A DNA stretch of 64,000 bases from Acidobacteriota bacterium (GTDB taxonomy: Bacteria > Acidobacteriota > CAIWXX01). Location of the stretch: assembly GCA_040755995.1 (NCBI GenBank), contig JBFMAF010000020.1, forward strand, positions 32,001-96,000, written 5' to 3'. Below the pieces are notes generated by a model. That model made no database searches and was not told the DNA's origin. It worked only from the letters and a program-made list of their open reading frames with translations. The translations under genes and the position numbers were made by a program. Below are positions 1 through 10,464 of the stretch, in pieces; positions within the stretch are counted from its first letter, which is position 1, and each line of letters begins with the position of its first letter.

Positions 1-2
1 AT

Positions 3-1976
3 GGGCGCAACCATCTGTATTCGGTCCCGGTCGATGGGGGCCAAGCCCGGCTCCTCACGCCGGGCGATTTCGACGTCGAACACGTGACCCTGAGCGCCGA
101 CCGGACCTCGGTGCTATACACGTCGAATCAAGGAGACGTGGACCGCCGGCACGTCTGGCGAGTGCCCACGGGCGCGGGCGCGCCGAAGGCGCTCACATCC
201 GGTGAAGGTGTCGAGTGGTCGCCCGTCGAGACGGCAGGCGGCGATGCTGTTCTGTGTCTAGCCTCGTCGGCAACGAAGCCCGCGACGCCTTGCCTCGTCA
301 CACCCGGCCCCGTGCGCGCCATCGCGGATAGGGCCCTTCCGAGCGACTTCCCATCGGAGAAACTTGTCACACCGCAGCAGGTCATCCTCAAGAGCCAGGA
401 CGGAGTGACGGTGCACGGCCAGCTGTTCGTTCCTCGCCAGCACGCCACGGCGCCGATGCCCGCGGTCATCTTCATTCACGGAGGTCCCGTTCGTCAAATG
501 GTCCTCGGGTTCCACTACCTGGACTACTATCATCACGCGTATGCGATGAATCAGTACCTCGCGAATCGCGGATACGTAGTGCTGTCCGTGAACTTCCGAA
601 CCGGCATCATGTACGGCCGCGCGTTCCGCGAGGCGGAGGCGGCCGGTTGGAGAGGCTCCTCGGAATACACGGATATCGTTGCGGCGGCCCGGTACCTGGC
701 CGCCCGCGCAGATGTGGACCCCAGGCGCATCGGCCTGTGGGGCGGTTCCTACGGCGGGCTGCTGACGGCCCTGGCGCTCGCGCGCAACTCGGACCTCTTC
801 GCCGCAGGCGTCGATCTGCATGGAGTTCACGACTGGTCGGCATTTCTTTCATGGCTGTCTGATGCGGCCGAGCGGCCGCCTGATCTTGACGAGGCGATGA
901 GGCTCGCCTTCACATCCTCTCCTGTGGCGGCCATCGATACGTGGCGTTCCCCCGTGCTGCTGATCCACGGCGACGATGACCGGAACGTGCCATTCAGCGA
1001 GACAACCGACCTTGTGCAGCGCCTGAGGGCGCAGCACGTACCGTTCGAAGAACTCGTGCTCCCGGATGAGGTCCATGATTTCCTCACCTGGGAGAGTTGG
1101 GTACGTGTGTACCGGGCGACGGCCGATTTCCTCGACCGGAGGCTCATGGGGGTTAATTCAGGAGGTGTGCGAGTGAGCGAGCGGATGACTCGTTCGGCCG
1201 ATGGGGTCCAAATAGCCTACAGCGCTGCGGGCAGCGGCCCCCTCGCGCTCGTCTTCATTCACGGCGGATTTGCGGACCGGTCTTTCTGGTCCAATCAACT
1301 CACGTCGCTGGCCGGTCGCTACCGCGTCCTAGCTGTGGACCTGGCCGGGCACGGCGCATCGGGTGGCGACAGGAAGCAGTGGACGCTTCAATCTCTCGGG
1401 GAGGACGTGCGTGCGGTCGTTGAGGCCGAGAGGCTCGATCGAGTCGTCGTGATCGGGAACTCGATGGGAGGCCCGGTGGCGCTCGAGGCTGCGCGCCTGA
1501 TGCCCGGCCGTGCGATTGCTGTGATCGGCGTCGACACCTTCCACCTTCTGGCGTATCGTCCTGACCCGAAGGAGTGGGAGGCACGGATGGAGGCATTCAG
1601 GAAGGACCGGCGCGGAACCTGCGAAGAGATGGTCAAGCAGCTATTCCACCGGGATGCAGATCCCGCGCTCGTGGAGAACGTCCGGGCCCGAATGTGCCAG
1701 CAATCCACAGAGGGTGCAGTGCTGGCGCTGTCTGGGCTCGAAGACTACGACGGCGAGGCCGCCGCGCGGGCGGTGAAGGTACCCATCGGCTGCGTGAACG
1801 GCGACCTGTATCCGACCAATGTCGAGGCGAATCGCGCGACAGCTCCGGGATTTCAGGCCGTCATAATGCCCCACATGGGACACTACCCGATGCTGGAGCG
1901 TCCGGTGGAATTCGACCGAAACCTGGATGAGTTGATCACGCGACTCCTTGGAGAACCGGGTCCGAAGAGACCGTGA
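3..1976 (+). CDS. S9 prolyl oligopeptidase/dipeptidyl peptidase (5'-truncated by window) fused in frame to a second alpha/beta hydrolase
   Basis: Frame is open from the window edge. First domain: FIHGGP, GGSYGG nucleophile, HGDDDRNV, EVHDF. Second domain: FIHGG, DLAGHGAS, GNSMGG, GHYPMLE. Confidence 0.85.
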   Translation, partial: GRNHLYSVPVDGGQARLLTPGDFDVEHVTLSADRTSVLYTSNQGDVDRRHVWRVPTGAGAPKALTSGEGVEWSPVETAGGDAVLCLASSATKPATPCLVTPGPVRAIADRALPSDFPSEKLVTPQQVILKSQDGVTVHGQLFVPRQHATAPMPAVIFIHGGPVRQMVLGFHYLDYYHHAYAMNQYLANRGYVVLSVNFRTGIMYGRAFREAEAAGWRGSSEYTDIVAAARYLAARADVDPRRIGLWGGSYGGLLTALALARNSDLFAAGVDLHGVHDWSAFLSWLSDAAERPPDLDEAMRLAFTSSPVAAIDTWRSPVLLIHGDDDRNVPFSETTDLVQRLRAQHVPFEELVLPDEVHDFLTWESWVRVYRATADFLDRRLMGVNSGGVRVSERMTRSADGVQIAYSAAGSGPLALVFIHGGFADRSFWSNQLTSLAGRYRVLAVDLAGHGASGGDRKQWTLQSLGEDVRAVVEAERLDRVVVIGNSMGGPVALEAARLMPGRAIAVIGVDTFHLLAYRPDPKEWEARMEAFRKDRRGTCEEMVKQLFHRDADPALVENVRARMCQQSTEGAVLALSGLEDYDGEAAARAVKVPIGCVNGDLYPTNVEANRATAPGFQAVIMPHMGHYPMLERPVEFDRNLDELITRLLGEPGPKRP

Positions 1977-2091
1977 CGTAGCAGCCTCGCCTCACCTTCT
2001 ACTGTGCCGTGGTCGAGGCCGAGCCGGTACCTCCCGCACCTGCCCCCGGAAGGCGTAGGCGGTCGACACCGCTTCGCCGCGGCAGTCAATC

Positions 2092-2121
2092 TTGAAACTC
2101 ATTGTCACAATGCGATACACT
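2092..2121 (+). promoter_or_regulatory. Putative sigma70 promoter with palindromic operator in the spacer
   Basis: TTGAAA-N18-TACACT with CATTGT-C-ACAATG at 2100-2112. Confidence 0.45.
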
Positions 2122-2207
2122 CTTCAATGAATGGGAACCGAACGAAGTGCCGGGCAGCGGGGAAAAGGACGGAGAGAGACGGCTCTCCGGAAGTCAAGGA
2201 GAGACAG

Positions 2208-2561
2208 ATGGCAAGTGCAGAGTTCAAGAGCTTCGCGTCCCCGGACGAGGTTCGCACGTTTGAAAAAGGGCGTTTGGAGCTTATCAACATCGGAGGCGGG
2301 ATCGTGGGCAAGCTGACGCTCGAACCCGGCTGGCGATGGTCGACACACGTCAAGCCGATTGCCAAGACAGACTCGTGCCTGGCCCCCCACTTCCAGTACC
2401 AGATGAGCGGGAAGCTGCACGTGGTGATGGACGACGGCCGGCAGTTCGATCTTCGGGCCGGCGACGTTTCCGCGCTGCCTCAGGGGCATGACGCCTGGGT
2501 CGTAGGCGAGGCGCCGGTGGTGCTCGTGGACTGGGCCGGGGCGACCAACTACGCCAAGTAG
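2208..2561 (+). CDS. Cupin domain protein
   Basis: AAGGAG RBS then ATG at 2208; LEPGWRWS..HVKP, C.APH, PQGHDAWVVG cupin motifs. Confidence 0.85.
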   Translation: MASAEFKSFASPDEVRTFEKGRLELINIGGGIVGKLTLEPGWRWSTHVKPIAKTDSCLAPHFQYQMSGKLHVVMDDGRQFDLRAGDVSALPQGHDAWVVGEAPVVLVDWAGATNYAK

Positions 2562-2771
2562 CGCCCGGCTGGCAATTGTCGACGGAGCGCGGCGCGCTGC
2601 GGAGGCCGTCGCTGTGCGCCGCGCATCCTCGGTTCGTCGGCGCGACCCGTCCCCTACGAAGTCAAGACCGGGTCTCGCCTGTTCTTTCCGCCTGAATCAG
2701 CGCCTGTGGGGCGAGCCACCAGGGAACTCGCGCGCTCCAGTCTGCGTATGTCAGATTGGAGGGTTTTTCCG

Positions 2772-3056
2772 ATGATCGAACTATTGGGGTTGGCTGTGCT
2801 CGGTGTCGTATTTGTCGCCTTTGCACTCGTGGTCGGCCTCGTCGTGGGGATAGTCAAGCTGGCCTTCAAGCTGCTTCTGATACCGCTCGGGCTCGCCGCT
2901 CTCGCGCTGAAGCTGCTGATCCTGGTCCCCCTCGCGTTGATCCTCGTATTCGCGATCGGGCCGATACTGCTGGGAATCGGACTCGCCGTTCTGCTGCCGG
3001 TGCTGGTGGTGGCCGGGCTCGTCTGGGGTGCGGCTCGCCTGGCAGCTACCGTTTGA
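2772..3056 (+). CDS. Small hydrophobic membrane protein
   Basis: GGAGG RBS, ATG at 2772; almost entirely hydrophobic 94 aa. Confidence 0.65.
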   Translation: MIELLGLAVLGVVFVAFALVVGLVVGIVKLAFKLLLIPLGLAALALKLLILVPLALILVFAIGPILLGIGLAVLLPVLVVAGLVWGAARLAATV

Positions 3057-3078
3057 GATACTTTCGTCGCCTGCGGCC

Positions 3079-4683
<1,605 letters not shown>

Positions 4684-4814
4684 CGATGTTCCTCCTTGAC
4701 TTGCGCCTCAGGCCACCTGGGCCTACGACTTGCACAGCGCCGGCGCGACGCCGCTCCGCGCATTATAGATAAGACTTCCGCCAGCATGCATTGCCTTCGG
4801 GATTTCAATCCCGA

Positions 4815-4844
4815 ACTGTAACCGCCCCCCCCGCGCCGTGTCAA
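4815..4844 (-). promoter_or_regulatory. Putative sigma70 promoter of pckA
   Basis: Minus strand TTGACA-N18-TACAGT; spacer contains a G8 run. Confidence 0.5.
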
Positions 4845-5026
4845 GCTCGCGGCGAGTCCAGCGATATACAAGAGCGGCGAGTGGACGCCGCAGGACCACG
4901 ACAGCATGCTCGATCTCCTGGGCTGGGCCCTCGGCCGGGGCATCCGGCTCGGATCATCCGATCACAAAGGCGGAACGCAGTCCGGGCCAGACGCGGCGAT
5001 TCGGAGTTGGTGAAGATCGGGGGCGG

Positions 5027-5500
5027 TCATCGATCCGTCTGGGTCCCAGATCTGGTCTCTTGATGTTCACCCTGACGCATGGGTTCTCTGACTGGTTGGG
5101 TCTGCGATGGCGACGGCGAGAAGAGGGGGCGCGGTACGCTGGGTCCGGACCGGAATGCGCGAGTTGGACTCGGTGTTGGCGGAGTCTGGTCCTGAGGCCG
5201 CTCGTGCGTTGCCAGCTCGCGGATGTAATTCCGGTGGCTGTCACGCCAGATGATGATCATCGGTGTCGCGATGCCGACACCCAGCGCCGTCGCATGCACG
5301 AGGAGCAGCCACAGCGCACCACGGCGTCGAAACACCGCATACATGATCCAGGAACTGACGAAATAGCCCGCGTAGAAGCTCCAAGCCAGAAACGTGGCCA
5401 GTCCTCTGAACATTCCACCCGTCGAACGGTCCGAGAGAGTGATGAGAACGGCGACCACGGCCATGACACTCAACGCGCTCAAGTGCAGAAGAGTCTTCAT
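5027..5500 (-). CDS. Hypothetical membrane protein (3 hydrophobic segments, Pro-rich tail)
   Basis: ATG overlaps the upstream TGA (ATGA at 5497-5500); hydrophobic N-half. Confidence 0.5.
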   Translation of the reverse strand: MKTLLHLSALSVMAVVAVLITLSDRSTGGMFRGLATFLAWSFYAGYFVSSWIMYAVFRRRGALWLLLVHATALGVGIATPMIIIWRDSHRNYIRELATHERPQDQTPPTPSPTRAFRSGPSVPRPLFSPSPSQTQPVREPMRQGEHQETRSGTQTDR

Positions 5501-6441
5501 GAGCAGCTCCAACCATAGCGGCGTTTTGGTTCAGCTCCGGGCCCTCTCCATCGGGCCTGGGAACGATCATTGCCGATCGGAGGTCGGACGGCCACAAATA
5601 CTGAGTCCAGGCGCAAGAGCCAGGTTTCGATCGACCTCCAGACCTCCTCGCTCGCGGGAACGTCGTTGTGATGCGCGCCCGGGACAAGTATCAGCTCCTT
5701 CGGCCCGGCGAGCGCGGCATAGATGCGCTGCGAATGGCTCGGCGCCGTCTCCGAGTCGCGCTCGCCGTGCAGCAGCAGGACCGGCACCCGCACAAGGCTC
5801 GCCGCGCGCAGCGGTGAAACCTCCTCTGGAGAAAACCGGCCGCGCCGCCCTGCAATCGAAAGAGCCTCTTCGATCTCTCTCCTGGTGGCAAACCACGGCG
5901 CACGTTCGCTGACGATCGAGGGCAGATCGGCGAATGGGGCAATTGCCACCACACCGGCAACTCGGCGGTCCGAAGCGGCTGCCTGCAGGGCGACGGCGGC
6001 GCCGAGAGAGGTGCCGAAGAGGACCGCGCGCTGCGCACCTAGCGCGTCCAGCGCTCTCGCGAGGTCTTGCTTCTCATAGAAGCCGTAGGTGCAGGCGTCG
6101 CCGGTCGAATCGCCATGTGCCCGGCTGTCATAGGCGAACACGTCACACCCGCGAGGCACGAGGCGATGGGCGAAGCCCATGGCCGATTGTCGATTGTCGG
6201 CGATTCCGTGGAGGTAGACGAGTAGGGCTCTCCTGACGACCGGCGTGCGGAACAGCCAGCCCTTCAGAGTCACGCTTCGATTGCTGAAGGTGATCGGTTC
6301 GAAGGGGATGTCCGGCGTGGCTGTCACTGGGCGCCGTCGTGGATGCAGAATCGCGTTGGCGCCCCACTCCGGCGGAAGGCAGCTCGCCGCGGTGATGGCC
6401 AGGAGACTCGCCGCGACAGCCGGTGCAATCGGTCGTTTCAC
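5497..6441 (-). CDS. Alpha/beta hydrolase, probable lipoprotein
   Basis: Signal peptide ending TAASC; LHGIAD, DSRAHGDS, GTSLGA, LHGERD, GAHHND. Confidence 0.85.
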   Translation of the reverse strand: MKRPIAPAVAASLLAITAASCLPPEWGANAILHPRRRPVTATPDIPFEPITFSNRSVTLKGWLFRTPVVRRALLVYLHGIADNRQSAMGFAHRLVPRGCDVFAYDSRAHGDSTGDACTYGFYEKQDLARALDALGAQRAVLFGTSLGAAVALQAAASDRRVAGVVAIAPFADLPSIVSERAPWFATRREIEEALSIAGRRGRFSPEEVSPLRAASLVRVPVLLLHGERDSETAPSHSQRIYAALAGPKELILVPGAHHNDVPASEEVWRSIETWLLRLDSVFVAVRPPIGNDRSQARWRGPGAEPKRRYGWSCS

Positions 6442-6685
6442 ATCCTTCCATACGCCACCGAACCCGGTTCTGTTCCGGATCGCGCGGAGGCCGATCGTTC
6501 GAGATCGGCCGCCCGTTGCAGTCGGCTCGCCTGTCCTTCAGCCGCCTGAGTTCACGGCCTCTTCGGCCTCGCGGCCGGAGCTTCCTTGGCGCCCATTTGC
6601 GCCACCAGAGCGACGAGCTCCTGGAGTGGCCTTCGCGGACGCGATTCTCGGCTCCCGGTCGGGCGATCATGTCCCGATATTATCA

Positions 6686-6718
6686 TTGAAAATCCGCAGA
6701 TCAACTGCGGATTTCCAA
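6686..6718. repeat. Inverted repeat (operator-like)
   Basis: TTGAAAATCCGCAG-atcaa-CTGCGGATTTCCAA, 13/14 complementary. Confidence 0.8.
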
Positions 6719-6849
6719 GGAACGCCATTGGATAGCCCCCCATTCCGGACCACTGCGCGGAAAAAATGGACAGGATTCGCCTTGATTCCCATGCACCGAC
6801 TGGTCCATCATTTGCCATCAGGAAGAGAACGCGCCACGGGGAGGTTATC

Positions 6850-7423
6850 GTGAGGAAAACGGCTGCTGTCATCATGCTCTGGTTACTTTGCGCGGGCGGG
6901 AGTGTCGCGAGTGGAACGGAGATCTCCCCGGCGCCGGAGCCCGCGCTCGTTATCATCGACATCCAGAACTTCTACTTCGAGAGCGGTCTGCTGCCGCTGG
7001 CGGGCAGCGTCGAGGCGAGTCTGAAGGCGAAGACCGTGCTGGAGAAGTTTCGGGCCAAGGGTTTGCCCGTCATCCACATCCGGCACGAATCGAAGAAGGC
7101 AGTCGAGGAAGGCAGGACGAATGATCCGCAGCATGCCATACATCCCAACGAGGCTCCGATCGCCGGAGAGAAGGTCATCACGAAGCACTACGCCAACAGC
7201 TTCCGCGAAACTGAGCTAATCGAGTACCTGAGGGAGAAGCAGATCCACAGGCTCGTGCTGTGCGGGATGCAGACCCACATGTGCCTCGAAGCGACGGCGC
7301 GCGCTGAAGTTCGGGGAAGTTGAGGTACCGGCGTTCATGGTGCATGCTACGGCACTCGCGACTCTCGACGGCACCTATGCCCGGATCGTCAGCGCCGATC
7401 AAGTGATCGTGGAAATGAAGTGA
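6850..7423 (+). pseudogene. Isochorismatase-family cysteine hydrolase with internal deletion and frameshift
   Basis: GGAGG RBS + GTG; ALVIIDIQNFYF, KHYANSF, GMQTHMCLEATARA. The C-terminus (LKFGEVEVPAFMVHATALATLDGTYARIV) continues in another frame from 7304 to TGA 7421-7423, and the usual DLG...DACAT segment is absent. Confidence 0.8.
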
Positions 7424-7567
7424 GACAGTCGAAAGCTCGGGGGACGGCGTGGCTGCGGACGGTGAAGCCGACGCGGGGATGCGGGGACGCGGAGTCACGG
7501 AGAGCAGATCGAATGGCGGCTCTCGCGCCGCCTGGCGATACGCAGCCTCGGTAGGCGAGCACCTCCC

Positions 7568-8689
7568 ATGCGCAAGGCCGTGTTCGTCCCCTACCAGCCG
7601 AAGGCCGTGCTCAGCAAGCACAAGCGCGCGGATCACTGGTTCTGGACGCGGTACAGCGCGCACCCGTACACGGGCTGCCAGCATGGTTGCGCGTTCTGCT
7701 ACTCCCGCGAGCAGAAGTACTCCCCCTACGATGATCCGGACGACTTCGCCTATGTGATCAAGGTCAAGGAGAACGCGCCGGCGCTGCTCCACCGGGCGCT
7801 CTCGCGCGTCCAGGTCGACGTCGTCTGCACGGCTGACTACCAGCCGGCCGAGCGCAAGTTCGGGCTCTCGCGAAAGATGTTGGAGGTCTGCCACGACCTC
7901 TGCTTCCCGGTGTTCGTGCTGGAGCGCTCGCCGCTGGTTCTGCGCGATCTCGACCTGCTCCAGGCGATAAACGACCGCGCGTCCGCAGTGGTGGTCTTCA
8001 GCGTGATCTCGACGCCTGACTCGCGCAACTACGACCGGGTGCGCCAGATGGAGCGACTCGCGCCGGCCGCCACGAAGCGCTTTGCCGCGATGGAGAAGAT
8101 CGCCGGCGCAGGTATCATGACGGGCGCCTGCTTCATGCCTATCCTTCCCGGCCTCTGTGACGACGAAGCCAACCTGGAGTCCGTCGTGCGATGGACGGCC
8201 GACCACGGGGGCAGGTTTGTCCTGGCAGGTGGGCTCACGCTGTCTGATCAGCAGCGCCTCTACTTCTTCCGGGTCCTCGGCCAACGCTTCCCGGACCTTC
8301 TGCCGACCTACCATTCTCTCTATCCGCCCGGAAGCTACGGACCAGCGGGCGATGACTGGCGCAGGACTGCCCGGACGGTGCGCGAGCTATGCACCGCGCA
8401 TGGCATTCGCGATCGCATGTCACGGCCTGTCGTCGCGTGCGACAAGCTGGCATTGAACAAGCGCGTGGTCGAGAAGCTCGCCGAACGCATCTACGCGATG
8501 GAGCTCGACGGCGAGCCGAGCCATCGCATCTGGGCCTATCGAAAGGCTGCGTGGGCTGTCGATGATCTGCATCAGGACATCGCACTGGTGTATCGAGAGA
8601 TGGGAGTGCGAGGGCTGCAGAGCATACCAAACGTCGGCACCTCGCTCGCAGGCGAGATCGAACGGCTGATCGTGCATGGTGTTGCCTGA
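7568..8689 (+). CDS. Radical SAM protein (SPL/Rv2578c-like) with C-terminal PolX-type helix-hairpin-helix domain
   Basis: PYTGCQHGCAFCY, DYQPAE, RSPLVLRDLDLL, PILPGL.D; C-terminal RIWAYRKAA...LQSIPNVGTSLAGEI. Confidence 0.85.
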   Translation: MRKAVFVPYQPKAVLSKHKRADHWFWTRYSAHPYTGCQHGCAFCYSREQKYSPYDDPDDFAYVIKVKENAPALLHRALSRVQVDVVCTADYQPAERKFGLSRKMLEVCHDLCFPVFVLERSPLVLRDLDLLQAINDRASAVVVFSVISTPDSRNYDRVRQMERLAPAATKRFAAMEKIAGAGIMTGACFMPILPGLCDDEANLESVVRWTADHGGRFVLAGGLTLSDQQRLYFFRVLGQRFPDLLPTYHSLYPPGSYGPAGDDWRRTARTVRELCTAHGIRDRMSRPVVACDKLALNKRVVEKLAERIYAMELDGEPSHRIWAYRKAAWAVDDLHQDIALVYREMGVRGLQSIPNVGTSLAGEIERLIVHGVA

Positions 8690-8768
8690 AGCAAGCCGGA
8701 GTGCGTTTGGCGAGACTAAACACAATTCTGGTTGTGTCGGGTACGGGTGCTCGTTGAACTGAGCTGCA

Positions 8769-9107
8769 TCACGCCGAGGAACTCCGGCAGCATTTCCTCT
8801 TCCGCAAGAATGTCAGCCGCTGGTCTCGGGTGGCCTGTACCATTGTCCTGTGCGGGATCAAGGTGACGACGGAGCGTGATTGGTCGAAGGTTGGTGAGAT
8901 GGTGGCGGAGGCACGGAGGGATGATGCGGCGCCCTCGGGTGCTGTGAATGTCACGAATTCCGGAATCTCTTCGATTTGCCAATTGTCAGGAATCTCGATC
9001 GTGTAGTGTCCCTCTGAGAAATAGGACCGAACCCAGTGTTGGCCGGGTATGAATCGTATTGCAGAGAAGTCGACGGACTGTCTATTCATGATCCGAACGT
9101 CAAACAT
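8769..9107 (-). CDS. Hypothetical protein or relic, lower GC
   Basis: ORF with YTIEIPDNWQIEE (PsbP-like start motif); no clear RBS. Confidence 0.3.
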   Translation of the reverse strand: MFDVRIMNRQSVDFSAIRFIPGQHWVRSYFSEGHYTIEIPDNWQIEEIPEFVTFTAPEGAASSLRASATISPTFDQSRSVVTLIPHRTMVQATRDQRLTFLRKRKCCRSSSA

Positions 9108-9164
9108 CTCAGCTTCTTGCGCTCATCCCGGGAGAATCCACCAGTGAGCATCCTGGGGCCCCGC

Positions 9165-10313
9165 TCAGGTCTGGTGGCCTGGCAAGACCGCCATCAGCCC
9201 TGCGAGATTCACCAGCCGGACCTCTGCCCCCTGGACGCGCCTGAGCCCGGGCCCTCGATGCTCCGGCAGGACGACATAGAGGGAGCTTCCCGGGTACCTG
9301 TGATGAAAGGCCAGTATGCCTGAGTAATCCAGGTCAGATGGCGCCCACTTGCACTCGATAGCCAGCGGCGCCCTGCCACGCGGAGCAATCACGAAGTCGA
9401 CTTCATGGCCACGCTTGTCCCGCCAATAGTGTACGGCCCTGTTCTGCTCCTGCGAGATGATCTCGTTCAGCACGAAATGCTCCCACAGGAATCCCAGGTC
9501 CTCTCGCCGCAGGTCGTGTATCCCGCGATAGTAGCAGACGAAGCCCGTGTCAAAAGCGTAGACTCGCGGCGCAGAGACGATCTCGGCGGTCGGGGAGGAT
9601 GCGTAGGGTCGTAACACGTGGACAACGAAAGTGGCCTCGAGCACCGCGAGATAGTTGCTGATCGTCGTCCTGCTCACCTCGCACTCGCGGCCGAATCGAG
9701 TCGCCTCGAATATGCCGCCGCTCCGGGCCATCAGGAGCTCGGTAAACTTCTGGAACGAGTGCCTGCGCTCCAGCCGAAACAACTCCTGGATATCCTTTGC
9801 CCAGTAGCCGTCCATCCACTCCTGAAAATCGCGCTCAGGGAGTCTTTCAGAAAGGAAGAAAGGTGGCAGACCTCCGCGAAGAAGCCGGTGCGGCAGGTCT
9901 GTGCGCCCGAAGTCCGACAGGTCGGCGGCGGTCATCGGGGTCAGCAGGATCTCTGCCTTCCTTCCCGCCAGCGTGTCTCGGAACTTGGAGGAAGCGCCGA
10001 GCGTCGACGACCCGGCAGCGAGGATGCGCGTTCCCGGAAGGTGATCGGCCGCAATCTTCAAGAGCTCGGAAGGATTCGCTAGGCGGTGTATCTCGTCCAA
10101 CACCAGTTGGCGTCCTTCGAACTGGCGCAGAAAGGACTCCGGGTCCTCCATCGCCTGCCGTACTCGAGGCAACTCGCAGTCAAAGTACTCGGCTCCCGGC
10201 AAGCTCCGAGAGAGGTACGTCTTTCCCACCCGACGGACACCCGACAGCCACACCACGGATCGCCGGGACCACGCACGCCCGATGCGTGAGAGCCAGGCTT
10301 TCCTTTGTACCAT
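9165..10313 (-). CDS. AAA+ ATPase with DUF4143 and C-terminal PD-(D/E)xK-like domain
   Basis: GVRRVGKT Walker A, LVLDEIH Walker B, TLAGR, RGGLP, YAFDTGF, WRDKRGHEVDFV, AIECK. Confidence 0.92.
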   Translation of the reverse strand: MVQRKAWLSRIGRAWSRRSVVWLSGVRRVGKTYLSRSLPGAEYFDCELPRVRQAMEDPESFLRQFEGRQLVLDEIHRLANPSELLKIAADHLPGTRILAAGSSTLGASSKFRDTLAGRKAEILLTPMTAADLSDFGRTDLPHRLLRGGLPPFFLSERLPERDFQEWMDGYWAKDIQELFRLERRHSFQKFTELLMARSGGIFEATRFGRECEVSRTTISNYLAVLEATFVVHVLRPYASSPTAEIVSAPRVYAFDTGFVCYYRGIHDLRREDLGFLWEHFVLNEIISQEQNRAVHYWRDKRGHEVDFVIAPRGRAPLAIECKWAPSDLDYSGILAFHHRYPGSSLYVVLPEHRGPGLRRVQGAEVRLVNLAGLMAVLPGHQT

Positions 10314-10338
10314 CGCAACCCATCCTTGCACACGGAGT

Positions 10339-10399
10339 TACCAAATGCAAGCAGAATTGCATTTGGTGTCACTAAACGCAATTCTACTTGCATTTGGTA
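10339..10399. promoter_or_regulatory. Two tandem 11-6-11 palindromes that together form a 30-bp inverted repeat
   Basis: ACCAAATGCAA-gcagaa-TTGCATTTGGT (10340-10367) and ACTAAACGCAA-ttctac-TTGCATTTGGT (10371-10398). Confidence 0.8.
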
Positions 10400-10464
10400 C
10401 AAAAGCTTCAATCCAAGGAGATAGAGGGCGGCGGCGGAAAGAGGCGGTGTAGTAGAATCGCAGC

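Noticed and set aside
7321..7323. Selenocysteine or readthrough at the isochorismatase TGA
   Set aside because: The conserved C-terminus is in a different frame, so this is a frameshift/deletion
5036..9180. Shared peptide LGPRSGL in ORFs at about 5040 and 9155
   Set aside because: Occurs only in shadow frames with weak DNA identity; likely chance
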